In this document: positions 10,848 to 20,509 of the stretch, one piece after another | How the letters are laid out: each line of letters starts with the position of its first letter | Position numbering within the stretch: position 1 is the first letter of the stretch | DNA from: Terriglobia bacterium | Lineage (GTDB): Bacteria > Acidobacteriota > Terriglobia > 20CM-2-55-15 | Assembly (NCBI GenBank): GCA_965198225.1 | Contig: CBDAOY010000008.1 | Span: 1-64,000, forward strand | Direction of reading: 5' to 3' | Length of the DNA: 64,000 nt | The notes under the pieces: model-generated | The model's input: the letters and a program-made list of their open reading frames with translations, nothing else | Told to the model about the DNA's origin: nothing | The model's database searches: none | Position numbers and translations under genes: made by a program

Positions 10848-11225
10848 GTGGAACCGAAAGATTCACCCTCCGAGTCTCTGGACAAGATTGCCGGTAACCT
10901 CGGGATCGGCCGGATCGAGCGGCACATCTTTCTGTGCGCGGACCAGACGAAGCCCAAGTGCGCCCCGCGCGATGAGACGAACGTTTCCTGGGACTACCTG
11001 AAGCGGCGCCTGGGCGAACTCGGCCTGGTTCACGCAGAAAAATGCGTCTACCGCACGAAAGCCAATTGCCTGCGAATCTGCGAGCAGGGGCCGATTGCCG
11101 TGGTGTATCCAGAGGGGATCTGGTATCACTCGGCGCGGCCGGAGGTTCTGGAACGGATCATACAGGAACACCTCATCGGTGGGGAGCCCGTAGAGGAGTT
11201 CGCCTTCGCCACCAATCCACTCTAG
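10848..11225 (+). CDS. Thioredoxin-like [2Fe-2S] ferredoxin
   Basis: 'HIFLC..PKC..ANCLRICEQGPIAVVYPEGIWY' pattern. Confidence 0.9.
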   Translation: MEPKDSPSESLDKIAGNLGIGRIERHIFLCADQTKPKCAPRDETNVSWDYLKRRLGELGLVHAEKCVYRTKANCLRICEQGPIAVVYPEGIWYHSARPEVLERIIQEHLIGGEPVEEFAFATNPL

Positions 11226-11496
11226 TGACCTGTAACAGTGCTATCGGTACCAGCGTTCGGCGGAACGGCGTCGGATTCTAGGAGTGACGCTCGAGCCAAT
11301 GCTGTTTCATTGCGAGGGTGTCACGACACCGAAGACGGCGCCGTTCCGCCGAACCCTTCGGGCCGATGGGGGTTGCGGGCGATCTCTTTGTCGGAAGCCG
11401 TCACCGATGAAAGAGCATCGCTTTCCGTCTCCCTCCGCGACCTCGCCCGCAAGACCCATCGGCGATGGTACCGATAGCACTGTTACAGGCCACTAG
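11222..11496. mobile_element. ~270 bp CTAG-flanked MITE, family A
   Basis: 31-bp terminal IR with 1 mismatch (ctagtgacctgtaacagtgctatcggtacca / tggtaccgatagcactgttacaggccactag); left CTAG contains the ferredoxin stop codon. Confidence 0.88.
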
Positions 11497-11501
11497 ACGC
11501 T

Positions 11502-11595
11502 ATCAGCAGTCAGCCTTCAGCTTTCAGCTAGTCCGGAAACGGGACGATCGTCCCATCCAATGGAGCTGATCGCTGAAAGCTGAAGGCTGATCGCT
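11502..11595. repeat. Inverted heptamer arrays (TCAGC.. / ..GCTGA)
   Basis: atcagcagtcagccttcagctttcagc ... gctgatcgctgaaagctgaaggctgatcgct. Confidence 0.65.
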
Positions 11596-11606
11596 ACTCG
11601 AGGGTC

Positions 11607-13019
11607 ATGAGTTCGAACCGACAACCAGAGGGCGATGGCTCGGGCTTCGGCCCGCTGAGGCAGGAAGCTGCCGCGCTGCTGCGGCTCGGTCTGCCGGTCA
11701 TCGGGGCACAGCTTGCCCAGATCGCGATGAACTTCGTCGACACCGTGATGGCGGGAAACCTGAGTGCCCGAGCCCTGGCCGCGGTGGCTCTGGGCGGAAG
11801 CCTCTGGATGACGGTCGCCATCTTCATCATGGGATCGATGATGGCGGTCACCGCATCGGTGGCCCATCTGTTCGGCGCTCAGAAGACGAGGGAAGTCGGT
11901 CACTTCGTACGGCAGGCGCTGTGGATGAGCCAGGGATTTGCGCTGTTTTCGTTTCTGATCGTGAGGAACGCCGATCCAATTCTCTTCTGGCTCGAGATCG
12001 AGGCGGAAATCATCCCGATCACTCTTGGCTACGTCGACGCCATCACATGGGGGCTCCCCGCACTCTGTGCTTTCGTCGTCCTGCGTTACTTCAGCGAGGG
12101 TGTGTCGATGACGCGACCGATCATGCTTATCGGGCTTGTAGGCCTTGTGACAAACATCTTCGGCAACTACGTGTTCATGTATGGCCGCCTGGGCGTACCG
12201 GCGATGGGCGCGGTCGGCTGCGGATGGGCAAGCGCGCTTGTGATGTGGATGATGTTCCTGTGCATCACGGCATACGTGGGACTCCAGCGCTACTACCGAC
12301 CGTTCGGTGTGTTCGAACGATGGGAGGGACCGCGGCTTGACGAGATCGGGGAGATCCTCAAGCTGGGTCTGCCCATCGGGGTCAGCGTCTTCCTGGAAGC
12401 CAGCCTGTTCGCGACCGTGGCGCTGTTGATGGGCTCGATGGGGACGAACGTGGTTGCGGGTCACCAGATCGCTATCAACATCGCTTCGATCACGTTCATG
12501 ATTCCGCTCGGCCTTTCGATGGCGATCACGGTGCGGGTCGGGCAGGCGATGGGGAGGGGCTCCCAGATCGGGGCACGCCGGGCCGGATTCGTCGGTGTAG
12601 CCCTGTCCCTGGTGATCATGGGGATCGCGGCGGCCATCATGCTGTTGCTGCCCGAGCTGATCGTCGGAATCTACACGAACGATCCAACAGTTACCGCGAT
12701 CGCGGTCGAGCTGTTGTTCATGGCTGCAATCTTTCAGTTGTCCGATGGTTCGCAGGTTGCGGGTGCCGGCGCTCTCCGGGGACTGAAGGACACGGCCGTG
12801 CCAATGGTGATCACCTTCGTTGCGTACTGGGGTATCGGTCTGCCCCTCGGTTATACGCTGGGAGTAGTGCGGTCGATGGGGCCACAGGCAATGTGGATCG
12901 GACTGATCGCCGGCCTCACGGTCGCAGCGGTGTGTCTGAACGGGCGTTTCTACTTCGTGACCCGGCGGATGTTGACCGAAAAAGCACAGCCTCCCGGATA
13001 CCCTCCTGCGATCGAGTAG
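11607..13019 (+). CDS. MATE family efflux transporter (NorM-like)
   Basis: ~12 TM segments; 'FVDTVMAG', 'LGLPIG', 'AGHQIA', 'GALRGLKDT'. Confidence 0.93.
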   Translation: MSSNRQPEGDGSGFGPLRQEAAALLRLGLPVIGAQLAQIAMNFVDTVMAGNLSARALAAVALGGSLWMTVAIFIMGSMMAVTASVAHLFGAQKTREVGHFVRQALWMSQGFALFSFLIVRNADPILFWLEIEAEIIPITLGYVDAITWGLPALCAFVVLRYFSEGVSMTRPIMLIGLVGLVTNIFGNYVFMYGRLGVPAMGAVGCGWASALVMWMMFLCITAYVGLQRYYRPFGVFERWEGPRLDEIGEILKLGLPIGVSVFLEASLFATVALLMGSMGTNVVAGHQIAINIASITFMIPLGLSMAITVRVGQAMGRGSQIGARRAGFVGVALSLVIMGIAAAIMLLLPELIVGIYTNDPTVTAIAVELLFMAAIFQLSDGSQVAGAGALRGLKDTAVPMVITFVAYWGIGLPLGYTLGVVRSMGPQAMWIGLIAGLTVAAVCLNGRFYFVTRRMLTEKAQPPGYPPAIE

Positions 13020-13050
13020 ATTCCCAGCCCGGATTATCCGGGCTAGGGCT

Positions 13051-13572
13051 TCAGGCGTCCCGCACTTTGACAACGCGATAAAGCAGGTGCGGTCGATCGG
13101 CGTGAACAATGTCGCGTTCAAACTCGAATCCGGCCTTCTGCATGACACGCTGAGACGCCCGGTTGGTCGTTAGCGTAAAGCAGACGATGTTTTCCATGCC
13201 CAACCGGTTGAACCCGACCTCCAAAATTGCTCTTGCCATTTCCGTGGCCAGACCTCTGCCCCACCACTCCTCGAGGAGCGCGTAGCCGACTTCGATCTCG
13301 TTGCATCCACCGAGGGCGACCTTTCGGAGTCCCGCGCGGCCGACGAAGCCGTCTCCAGCCTTGTCGTGAAACATCCAAGGCCCGTATCCATGAGTGTCCC
13401 AGTGATCCAGATTCCGACTGAAATACTGCCGCGTCTCCTCCTCGTCGCGAACACCGCCCAGCGTCGCCATGACCCGCGGATCACGATGCATGCGGCAGAT
13501 CTCGTCAAAATCATCGATTCGGAGGCGCCGGGCGATCAGGCGGTCGGTGCTGAATGTTTCGACTGACTCCAT
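13051..13572 (-). CDS. GNAT acetyltransferase (RimJ/RimL type)
   Basis: 'TDRLIARR', 'WWGRGLATEMA', 'NRASQRVMQKAGF'; ATG at 13572. Confidence 0.88.
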   Translation of the reverse strand: MESVETFSTDRLIARRLRIDDFDEICRMHRDPRVMATLGGVRDEEETRQYFSRNLDHWDTHGYGPWMFHDKAGDGFVGRAGLRKVALGGCNEIEVGYALLEEWWGRGLATEMARAILEVGFNRLGMENIVCFTLTTNRASQRVMQKAGFEFERDIVHADRPHLLYRVVKVRDA

Positions 13573-13630
13573 TCGATTGGCTCTCTTCCGCTTGTTTCGG
13601 ACGATTGTTTTGGCATAATCTTGACGCACT

Positions 13631-14062
13631 ATGAGAATCCGTTTTTTCACTTTAATAATTGCACTAATAGCGATCGTCGCAGTCTTCCATTCCGCGGTTA
13701 CTGCTCAATGGCAACGCTCCGTCCTCGACGGTGTCTTCACCGAAGAGCAGGCGATCCGGGGCGAGCAGCTCGTCAACAGCTACGACTGTGGCTACTGTCA
13801 TGGCGGTGGTCTGGTTGGTGGAAACGAGGATGTGCCTCCTCTCGTCGGAAGCGATTTTACGGGCTTGTGGGATGGGCGGCCGCTCAGCGACCTCCACAAG
13901 ATGGTCGGCGACATGCCGCCAGACACCTCCGACAAGCTGAGCTCCCAGGGCCGGGTCGATGTTATTGCTTTTCTGCTGTGGTTGAACTGGTATCCGGCGG
14001 GCGAATACGAGCTTCCTCCGGATCGGGCAGTGCTCGATCAGATCCAGATCGTTCTTCCCTGA
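13631..14062 (+). CDS. Periplasmic monoheme cytochrome c
   Basis: Signal peptide, CGYCH heme motif, distal Met in 'MPP', 'SVLDGVFTEEQAIRG'. Confidence 0.88.
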   Translation: MRIRFFTLIIALIAIVAVFHSAVTAQWQRSVLDGVFTEEQAIRGEQLVNSYDCGYCHGGGLVGGNEDVPPLVGSDFTGLWDGRPLSDLHKMVGDMPPDTSDKLSSQGRVDVIAFLLWLNWYPAGEYELPPDRAVLDQIQIVLP

Positions 14063-14131
14063 CCGATCCTCTTCTTCAACAAAACGGCTTTTCGAGGGGT
14101 GGACGTTTTGGAGACGCCTGTCCTAAGGGAG

Positions 14132-14315
14132 GTGTAGGTGCGGTCTATGACCGCACTCTGTTCTGGCCAAGGATGGCGTGGGGGAACCGGACCAACCCTC
14201 TTTCTCCACGAACCCGCGCACAGCAATTCGGTCCGTGAACGCTCAGTCTTTCGTCGGAAGGGGGACGGTGGGCCCGACGCCAATAGATGGTTCCGCTCAT
14301 AGAGCGCACCTACAC
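14132..14315. repeat. GTAG-type REP pair (inverted, widely spaced)
   Basis: gtgtaggtgcggtctatgaccgcac at 14132-14156 and cgctcatagagcgcacctacac at 14294-14315. Confidence 0.8.
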
Positions 14316-14379
14316 CCGGTGGACTCTCCCGAGTCCGATTTGCGTCGACCGCCCTTGCCTGAATCCAATCGACCTTTCT

Positions 14380-14780
14380 CTATTGCGGCACTGAATACGC
14401 GCTTTCGAATCCCCGCGGAGGCGCCGACGCGTTGCACATGCGGATTATCGAAAACTCGAGAGTCGAGTTGGCCACGTCTTCGCGCAACTGCCATAGACAG
14501 GGCAAGGTTCGAAGCTCGACGTTTCGTTCCTGCACGGCGCGGAAGATGTCGCTTATCGGACGCTCCGCGACCGGATCGACGTTCTCATTGGACCCGTAGT
14601 GACCGGCCGTCGGATCAACCACAGAGAACGAACCGGGGTCGAAAGCTCGAGGCGATAGCTTCCGGTCAGACATGTCCTGCCGTATCGCGCGAGAATCGAG
14701 CGGATGCCGAGGCCTTCCAGGATTCCGTCGGCTTCTCGGCGGATCGTTTGATCGAGCTGCAACAACGAGTCAGTCATCAG
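14380..14780 (-). pseudogene. Disrupted hypothetical gene fragment(s)
   Basis: Protein-like N-terminus 'MTDSLLQLDQTIRREADGILE..LTGSYRLEL' continues only in another frame. Confidence 0.4.
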
Positions 14781-14814
14781 GGGCAAGTAAGGACCAAAGC
14801 GCGCTACGAGCGGG

Positions 14815-15345
14815 TCAGGTTTTCCTGGACGGCGGCACCCAGCCCGGGGGCGCTTCCGGCCAGTCCTCGTCCGGGCTGACGGGTTCGGGCTGTTCGAGCC
14901 CGAGGTTGCCCGGGTCGATGTCGGCCTCGATAAAACTCTCCGGAGGAACAGGAGATTCTGCCAGACGCCTGAGGAGCGCCAACTGACCCACGTGAGTCAT
15001 CGCATCGGATAGTGGGCCCTGGAGCAGCCGCTCAGGTGAAGTGTCGCTGGCGCCTTCCGCCAGGTGATTGGAGAGGACGTCGAGCATCTCGTGAAAGCGT
15101 CGGACCTCTTCGTCGAAAGAAGGCAGGAGAGCTGGTCGGTACTCCCCGCCGACGAAACGGGTACGCGCGTAGCTCACGACACCCGTCATGTGACGCACAA
15201 CCTCCGCAGGTGTGCGGACGCCATCCGCGGCTCGGAAGGAGCCGAAATCCGGCGGTGACCCTTTCAATGCCTTCTGTGTGCGGTATGCCAGCGCGCCCAG
15301 AAAATGCTGCAACAGGGCTCGCTTGTCATCGATAGATGGACCCAT
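14815..15345 (-). CDS. DinB-like four-helix bundle protein
   Basis: 'RTPAEVVRHM' ... 'DAMTHVGQLALLRR' His pattern. Confidence 0.75.
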   Translation of the reverse strand: MGPSIDDKRALLQHFLGALAYRTQKALKGSPPDFGSFRAADGVRTPAEVVRHMTGVVSYARTRFVGGEYRPALLPSFDEEVRRFHEMLDVLSNHLAEGASDTSPERLLQGPLSDAMTHVGQLALLRRLAESPVPPESFIEADIDPGNLGLEQPEPVSPDEDWPEAPPGWVPPSRKT

Positions 15346-15380
15346 ATCTGTTCTTGCCTTCCACTGACCTTCTCACCGGC

Positions 15381-15908
15381 TCAAGTCGGGGTGAGCTCGA
15401 GCCTGTAGCGTACTTCATGGAGGCTGAAGCCTCCGGAGTGACGCTCGGTCTTTTGGCCGCCGTCGGCGTCGAAACCGAACGATTCGTAAAAGGCGCGCGC
15501 GCGTCGGTTGGTTTCCAGTACCCACAGCGTAACCTGGCCGTAGTTACGCTCTCGCGCCCTATCTATGGCAGAAGACAACAAAACCGCACCGAAGCCCTTC
15601 TTCCATTTCCCGGGATGAACGTAGATCGCCGTAATCTCGCCGGTGCTGGAATCAGCATCCGAGTCGCCAGAGGCGGCCAGGTCGCAGAAACCGGCGATGT
15701 GTCCCTCCTCATCTTCGGCGACGAAAACATCCCGCTCGGGTCTCTGGGTCGCCTGGATCCACGTCTGGGTTCGATTTTCTACGTCGAGGTTATCCAGGAA
15801 ATCATCCGGCATCTGACCGCGATAGGCGGACTGCCACGAGAGGACATGCACCAGACCGATGGCGGGCGCATCGTCGCGGGTTGCTCTCCTTACCTTCGGC
15901 ACGGGCAT
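15381..15908 (-). CDS. GNAT acetyltransferase
   Basis: 'IYVHPGKWKKGFG', 'LWVLETNRRARAFYESFGF'. Confidence 0.9.
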   Translation of the reverse strand: MPVPKVRRATRDDAPAIGLVHVLSWQSAYRGQMPDDFLDNLDVENRTQTWIQATQRPERDVFVAEDEEGHIAGFCDLAASGDSDADSSTGEITAIYVHPGKWKKGFGAVLLSSAIDRARERNYGQVTLWVLETNRRARAFYESFGFDADGGQKTERHSGGFSLHEVRYRLELTPT

Positions 15909-16070
15909 ATCTGGAAAGAACGTAGGCCGTTATCCGTTATCCGTTGTCCGTTGTGCGGTTCGTTTCAGCTTTTTATCGATCTACTCGTCACCCGTCAGTA
16001 CATGTCGACTGAACAGCAGAGTTCGGGGCACACTGGGATACCGGATTGCGGACTCTCCGGCCGCTGTCCT

Positions 16071-16685
16071 TTAGGCACCGGTCACGCCCGACTCTCGCAA
16101 TGTCTGCCGAAACGCCCCGGGACCAGCCTCGAGAGTGAACCTCACCGCATGGAGACCGACCTCCCGCGCTCCATCCAAGTTTTCAAGACGATCGTCGATA
16201 AACAAGACGTTCTCCGTTTGTGCCTCGATCTCTTCCAGAATGCCGTGGAAGTAGTCGGCATCCGGCTTTCTCAGGCCCATCCGGCAGGAGTAGAACTCTT
16301 TGTCGAACAGATCCCTGTAGCCGAGCGTCTCAGACATGTAACGCGCCCGGTGCGATTCCTGGTTCGTCGCGAGGTGACACGTCACGCCCATCTCCCTGAC
16401 GACTTTGATCGTGTCGAAGATCTCCTCGTTGGGTTCGATCATTGTCCATGCTTCGAGAGCATCGTCCACAGTGCCACGCCACTTCCAACGGGAGAGAATC
16501 TCCTGGAACGCTTCGACGAAGTTCGATTGCCCGTCGATCGCCGGCTCTTCCGCGGCGAAAACGTCGCCCAGGAAACCGTCCAGATCGCTGGGAGAGCCCA
16601 GGAAGCTGGACCACCTGAGGGGGCGCGTTTCAGCGGGCTTCTGAATCACGCCGTCGGCGTCGAACAGGACTGCTTCAATACCCAC
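16071..16685 (-). CDS. HAD-superfamily hydrolase
   Basis: 'LFDADGV', 'ATN', 'RKPD', 'FIDDRLEN'. Confidence 0.9.
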   Translation of the reverse strand: MGIEAVLFDADGVIQKPAETRPLRWSSFLGSPSDLDGFLGDVFAAEEPAIDGQSNFVEAFQEILSRWKWRGTVDDALEAWTMIEPNEEIFDTIKVVREMGVTCHLATNQESHRARYMSETLGYRDLFDKEFYSCRMGLRKPDADYFHGILEEIEAQTENVLFIDDRLENLDGAREVGLHAVRFTLEAGPGAFRQTLRESGVTGA

Positions 16686-16688
16686 GGC

Positions 16689-16915
16689 TCACACGCGGTC
16701 CCACCAAGCGCCCAGCCTGCGAAAGGCCTCATTTTCGGACAAGCGCGAGGCTTCGGCAGAAATCTCGTCCGGAACCCACTGCGGGAACGGCAGTTCCTGG
16801 GTGACGTGACGGCCCGAAGCGGTGTGAACCTCCTGGATTCGGGCGAGCCGCCGCGGCGGGAACTGTTTGGCCACCCTGACGAGCGGAGCCCAGACCCGGT
16901 TTGCTGTCGAAAGCT
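16689..16915 (-). pseudogene. C-terminal remnant of a hypothetical gene
   Basis: Protein-like stretch 'RVWAPLVR..HTASGRH..FPQWVP' with no credible start; upstream part occupied by REP-containing sequence. Confidence 0.4.
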
Positions 16916-16982
16916 GGAGCGAACCCCTCGGAGACGGGTTAAGGCTGTTGGAGGGTGTGAGATGGCGAAACTTCAGGATCGG

Positions 16983-17052
16983 GTGTAGGTGCGCTCTATG
17001 AGCGCACATCGTTTCGGCTTGAAGAATGTGCGGTCATAGACCGCACCTACAC
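16983..17052. repeat. GTAG-type REP doublet (REPIN/BIME-like)
   Basis: gtgtaggtgcgctctatgagcgcac-N20-gtgcggtcatagaccgcacctacac. Confidence 0.88.
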
Positions 17053-17246
17053 CTCCTCAGGAGATCTGCCCCCCCCCCCCCCAATCTTTCCCATCGAAAG
17101 GTTGTCTTGGACAAGGATGATTCCGAACCGAATCGCACGCATGTCCGTCAAGATCCTCAACCTGCATCTCGAATACCCAGCAGTAGTGGGTCGGCTTCTA
17201 AACCTCGCTCCCCGGGCGCCGACGTTTCGAACAGGGTTTCGACATC

Positions 17247-17585
17247 CTATGTAGTATAGCTTCCATTCTCGGCGACCCCGAGCAGGTTCCCGGCGGGGTC
17301 CTTGAACAGCGCAAACGTCACCACGTCCGGCACAACTGTCCGGGGTAGGACCACGCTTCCGCCGTGCGCCTCGACCTTCGCGAGAACGGCATCGATATCG
17401 TCCACGCCCATATACAGAACTTTGTCCGGCGGGTCTTCGCGGATGCCTCCTCGAAGCCCGCCCGTGGACGCAGACGAGATCGTTGAAGTCTGGTCTACGA
17501 CCCACCCGAATACGTTCTCGAAGAAGGATCGAAGGCGGGCTCCATCCGGGCCCGCTATCTCGAAGTAAACGATCGGGTTGCCCAT
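17247..17585 (-). CDS. VOC/glyoxalase family protein
   Basis: 'NPIVYFEI', 'YMGVDDID', 'FKDPAGNLLG'. Confidence 0.9.
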   Translation of the reverse strand: MGNPIVYFEIAGPDGARLRSFFENVFGWVVDQTSTISSASTGGLRGGIREDPPDKVLYMGVDDIDAVLAKVEAHGGSVVLPRTVVPDVVTFALFKDPAGNLLGVAENGSYTT

Positions 17586-17592
17586 TTCGATC

Positions 17593-18723
17593 TTACTGTT
17601 TGACGTACTTCGTCAGCCCACCCCCGGCGACCGGACGGGAATTTGGTCCTTCCGCGGCATACACGTTGCCCTCGGAATCGACCGCCACACCTTCGCCGGC
17701 GGCGCCGTGAGGCCCCGCATCCGTCTCATGCGGTGGGATGAAGGCCGTAACGCGGTCTTCGGTCGTGTTCCCGATCCGGACGCCCGTCTTCCAGTCGGGA
17801 TGCCGTGTGGGGTTCGACTCTGAATCGATCGCGTAAAGCGTGTCGTCCGCGTCGATGAACAACCCGCTCACGCGGCCGAACTGCTCGAACGAGTCGAGAA
17901 GATTCCCCTCCTGGTCGAATATCTGGATTCGATGGTTCCCGCGGTCGGCAACGAAGAGGCGTTCCTGGGAGTCGAACGCAAGCGCATGGGGGGTCCGGAA
18001 CTCTCCCGGCGCCGTGCCGATCTGCCCCCACTCTTTGATGTACTCCCCGTCCTTCGTGAACTTGACGATGCGTCCCGTTGCGCCTTCGGGTGGATTGTCG
18101 TTCTGGCCGCTGTGTCCGTCCGAGACGAAAATGTCGCCGTTCGACGCAGTGATCACGTCACATGGCTGGTTGAGGGTGTCGGGCCCGCTACCGGCAACCC
18201 CGGCCGTTCCCAACCTCATCAGCACCTCACCATCGGGACTGAACTTGATGACCTGGTGCCCCTTCGTTCCAGCCTCGTTGCCCTGGGAATCGGTTACCCA
18301 GACGTTTCCGTCGCTGTCCACGTGGAGCCCGTGGGGCAGCACGAATAGCCCGGCCCCAAAGCTCGTCAGAACTTCCCCGGTCGAACGATCGAACTTGAGG
18401 ATCGGATCAACGTCCGAGGTGTCGCAGCCGCCGGCCAGCGCGTTGGCGCCGCATCGATCGTAGGCCCAGACGTGCCCGTCGGGGTCGATATCGACGCCTG
18501 CCGTCGACCCCCAGGTCCTGTCGTCGGGCAGGGGGCCCCACCCCTGGATTACCGTTGGATTGGGATTGGGCAGGTCATTGATAGCCGGATCGGTGATGGC
18601 AGTCTCGACGTCGGCCGGCTCCGGCTCGACGACTTCGGGCAACGGTTCCACCCCGCATCCCGACAGCGCGATCATGGTGATGCCCGTAATAAGCGTGAGT
18701 TTGAAGCGACCGAACACTGGCAT
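17593..18723 (-). CDS. NHL-repeat lipoprotein (peptidyl-alpha-hydroxyglycine lyase-like)
   Basis: Lipobox LSGC; repeated 'PHGLHVDSDGNVWVTD', 'FRTPHALAFD', 'VADRGNHRIQIFD'. Confidence 0.85.
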   Translation of the reverse strand: MPVFGRFKLTLITGITMIALSGCGVEPLPEVVEPEPADVETAITDPAINDLPNPNPTVIQGWGPLPDDRTWGSTAGVDIDPDGHVWAYDRCGANALAGGCDTSDVDPILKFDRSTGEVLTSFGAGLFVLPHGLHVDSDGNVWVTDSQGNEAGTKGHQVIKFSPDGEVLMRLGTAGVAGSGPDTLNQPCDVITASNGDIFVSDGHSGQNDNPPEGATGRIVKFTKDGEYIKEWGQIGTAPGEFRTPHALAFDSQERLFVADRGNHRIQIFDQEGNLLDSFEQFGRVSGLFIDADDTLYAIDSESNPTRHPDWKTGVRIGNTTEDRVTAFIPPHETDAGPHGAAGEGVAVDSEGNVYAAEGPNSRPVAGGGLTKYVKQ

Positions 18724-18814
18724 GGTAGCGCCTCCCTTGAAAAGTCCAGTTTTGGTTGCGAATGGCTCCGGTTGATCCCCAGATGCGAGAAGCTTGCGCT
18801 ATCTGCTACTGATT

Positions 18815-18916
18815 GATCAACCACGCAAGTCGAGCGGGCCCCATCGTATACGCGTTCACTGGATCGTGGCGAGCAATAGTGGGATGTGCCAGCTGATCGT
18901 GAGGTTGCGGTTATGC
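18815..18916 (-). other. Possible degenerate attC site
   Basis: Minus strand GCATAAC just after the methyltransferase stop ... GTTGATC, with partial arm pairing. Confidence 0.35.
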
Positions 18917-18927
18917 CATGGATCGAC

Positions 18928-19698
18928 TCATACCCTGTGAAATTCAACCACCAGTTCGGGCCCTTCGCCGTAGCTCTCCCCGGCATATCCACCCCAACGA
19001 TTGGTCACAGTGAAGCCGTGGTTCTGGATCAAGGAGACGAACTCATCGGGGTAGTAGCAGCGCATCGCGATTGGCAGAATCGTTTCCTCGACCAGCGCGT
19101 TCGCTTCGTACGTGCGATAGATCAGTTCCACGTACAGGATCACCCTTTCGGGCTCGAGCCGCGGCCGCCTGTCGTGACAAGTCATCCGCCGCCCATCGAC
19201 TGTCACCTCCCACTCCTGAGTCTCGTTCAAATCGCACCATTCCCGCTTCATTGCCTCGCGCGATCGATTCGGATTGAAGACGTTGAGAATACATGTGCCT
19301 CCGGGGGCCAGGTGCGCGCCGACGGAACTGAACAGCCCGTCAACCTGAGTGTCGGTCTCGAGGTTCTGAAGGACGCGAAACGGGGCAATCACCAGATTGA
19401 ACTGACGCCCCAGGTCGAAGTCTGCGATGTCTCCTGCTTGAATCCGGGCTTGCTGGGCTGGGACGCCGCCTTTGCGAAGTTTTTCGCGGCAGATATCGAG
19501 CATAGCAGCGGAGGCGTCGATGCCATGGATATACCGGCAGAATCCAGTCAGCGGGATGAGAACCCGGCCGGTGCCGCACCCAAGCTCGAGGACTTCGGCG
19601 TCGGGTGAGGGAATGCGGGCCCGATAGAAGTCGACGTCCGCCGGACGGTCGGGGTTCACGTCGTAGTACTTTGCCGCTGACGCCCTGGTGTCGTTCAC
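18928..19698 (-). CDS. Class I SAM-dependent methyltransferase
   Basis: 'VLELGCGTGR', 'GIDASAAML'. Confidence 0.9.
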   Translation of the reverse strand: MNDTRASAAKYYDVNPDRPADVDFYRARIPSPDAEVLELGCGTGRVLIPLTGFCRYIHGIDASAAMLDICREKLRKGGVPAQQARIQAGDIADFDLGRQFNLVIAPFRVLQNLETDTQVDGLFSSVGAHLAPGGTCILNVFNPNRSREAMKREWCDLNETQEWEVTVDGRRMTCHDRRPRLEPERVILYVELIYRTYEANALVEETILPIAMRCYYPDEFVSLIQNHGFTVTNRWGGYAGESYGEGPELVVEFHRV

Positions 19699-20474
19699 CC
19701 CGATAATCCACCCGCCGTTGTCCTCGACCGTTTGGTCCGAGGTTTCTGGAGGTCGAAGATGACGAATGAGGGCGCGCGAAGCTCGTTCGCGAGATCCGGA
19801 TAACGGTCACCTTCCTCCTCGTCGGGTTTCGATTCCCGAATTCCCCGGAGTGCGTATCCAGCGTCGAGAAAGCCGTTGACATAGGTCGCGAGCGTCCGAT
19901 GAAAGTTGGTGAGCGGGTGTCCCCGGAACTGCATGATGCGGGCCGACTCGTCAAAGTAGTGGTCGACCCGGAACGCCATCCGAGAGCCGTCGGGATCCGT
20001 GATGCGAGAATTCGTAGAGGTCGCCATCGCTGCGAGATTGCAGACCACGAAGCGCCCCCCGGGCTTGATGATGCGGTAAGAAGACATGATTGCAGCTTCG
20101 AGATTCTCGACATCCACCAGGCTGATGTAGCTGATGGCAATGTCGAAAGCCGCGCTCTGTACCGGCTCGAGGCTCTCCATGTTTGAGATCAAATAGTCGT
20201 CGACATCCGAAACACTTCGCTTGCGCGCCTCAGCGACGAGGGGCTCGCACAGATCCACACCCAGGACATACGAGGCTCCCTGTTGCGCGAGAATCCGGCA
20301 AAACCTTCCCTCACCGCAGCCCAGGTCGGCGATCTTCAGACCCTTCACGGGACCGAGCACCTCCAGCATCCAGCGGTCCAGCATGCCGTCACGGTTCGGA
20401 GCTCCCTGGTCACACCTTTTGATCCACGTGGGCGCGAAGGATTCCCACTCGGTTTGTTTCTGCTCGTATGTCAT
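19695..20474 (-). CDS. Class I SAM-dependent methyltransferase
   Basis: 'IADLGCGEGRF', 'IKPGGRF', 'FHRTLATYVN'; start uncertain. Confidence 0.88.
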   Translation of the reverse strand: MTYEQKQTEWESFAPTWIKRCDQGAPNRDGMLDRWMLEVLGPVKGLKIADLGCGEGRFCRILAQQGASYVLGVDLCEPLVAEARKRSVSDVDDYLISNMESLEPVQSAAFDIAISYISLVDVENLEAAIMSSYRIIKPGGRFVVCNLAAMATSTNSRITDPDGSRMAFRVDHYFDESARIMQFRGHPLTNFHRTLATYVNGFLDAGYALRGIRESKPDEEEGDRYPDLANELRAPSFVIFDLQKPRTKRSRTTAGGLSG

Positions 20475-20509
20475 AGTCGTCTTTTCCGCCCTCAGGCCGA
20501 CCGCATTTC

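Noticed and set aside
11284-11496. Short ORFs repeated at 11284-11496 and 35270-35530 (MTLEPMLFHC...)
   Set aside because: Incidental reading frames inside MITE family A; not preserved in the diverged copy at 4729.
15336-16988. 550-aa plus-strand ORF and other long shadow ORFs (11517-13148, 9508-10767, 52163-53458)
   Set aside because: They are antisense to genes with clear family motifs; long antisense frames are common in GC-rich DNA.
17069-17082. Poly-C tract as a phase-variation switch
   Set aside because: It lies in an intergenic region next to a REP, not in a credible ORF or promoter; homopolymer length is also unreliable.
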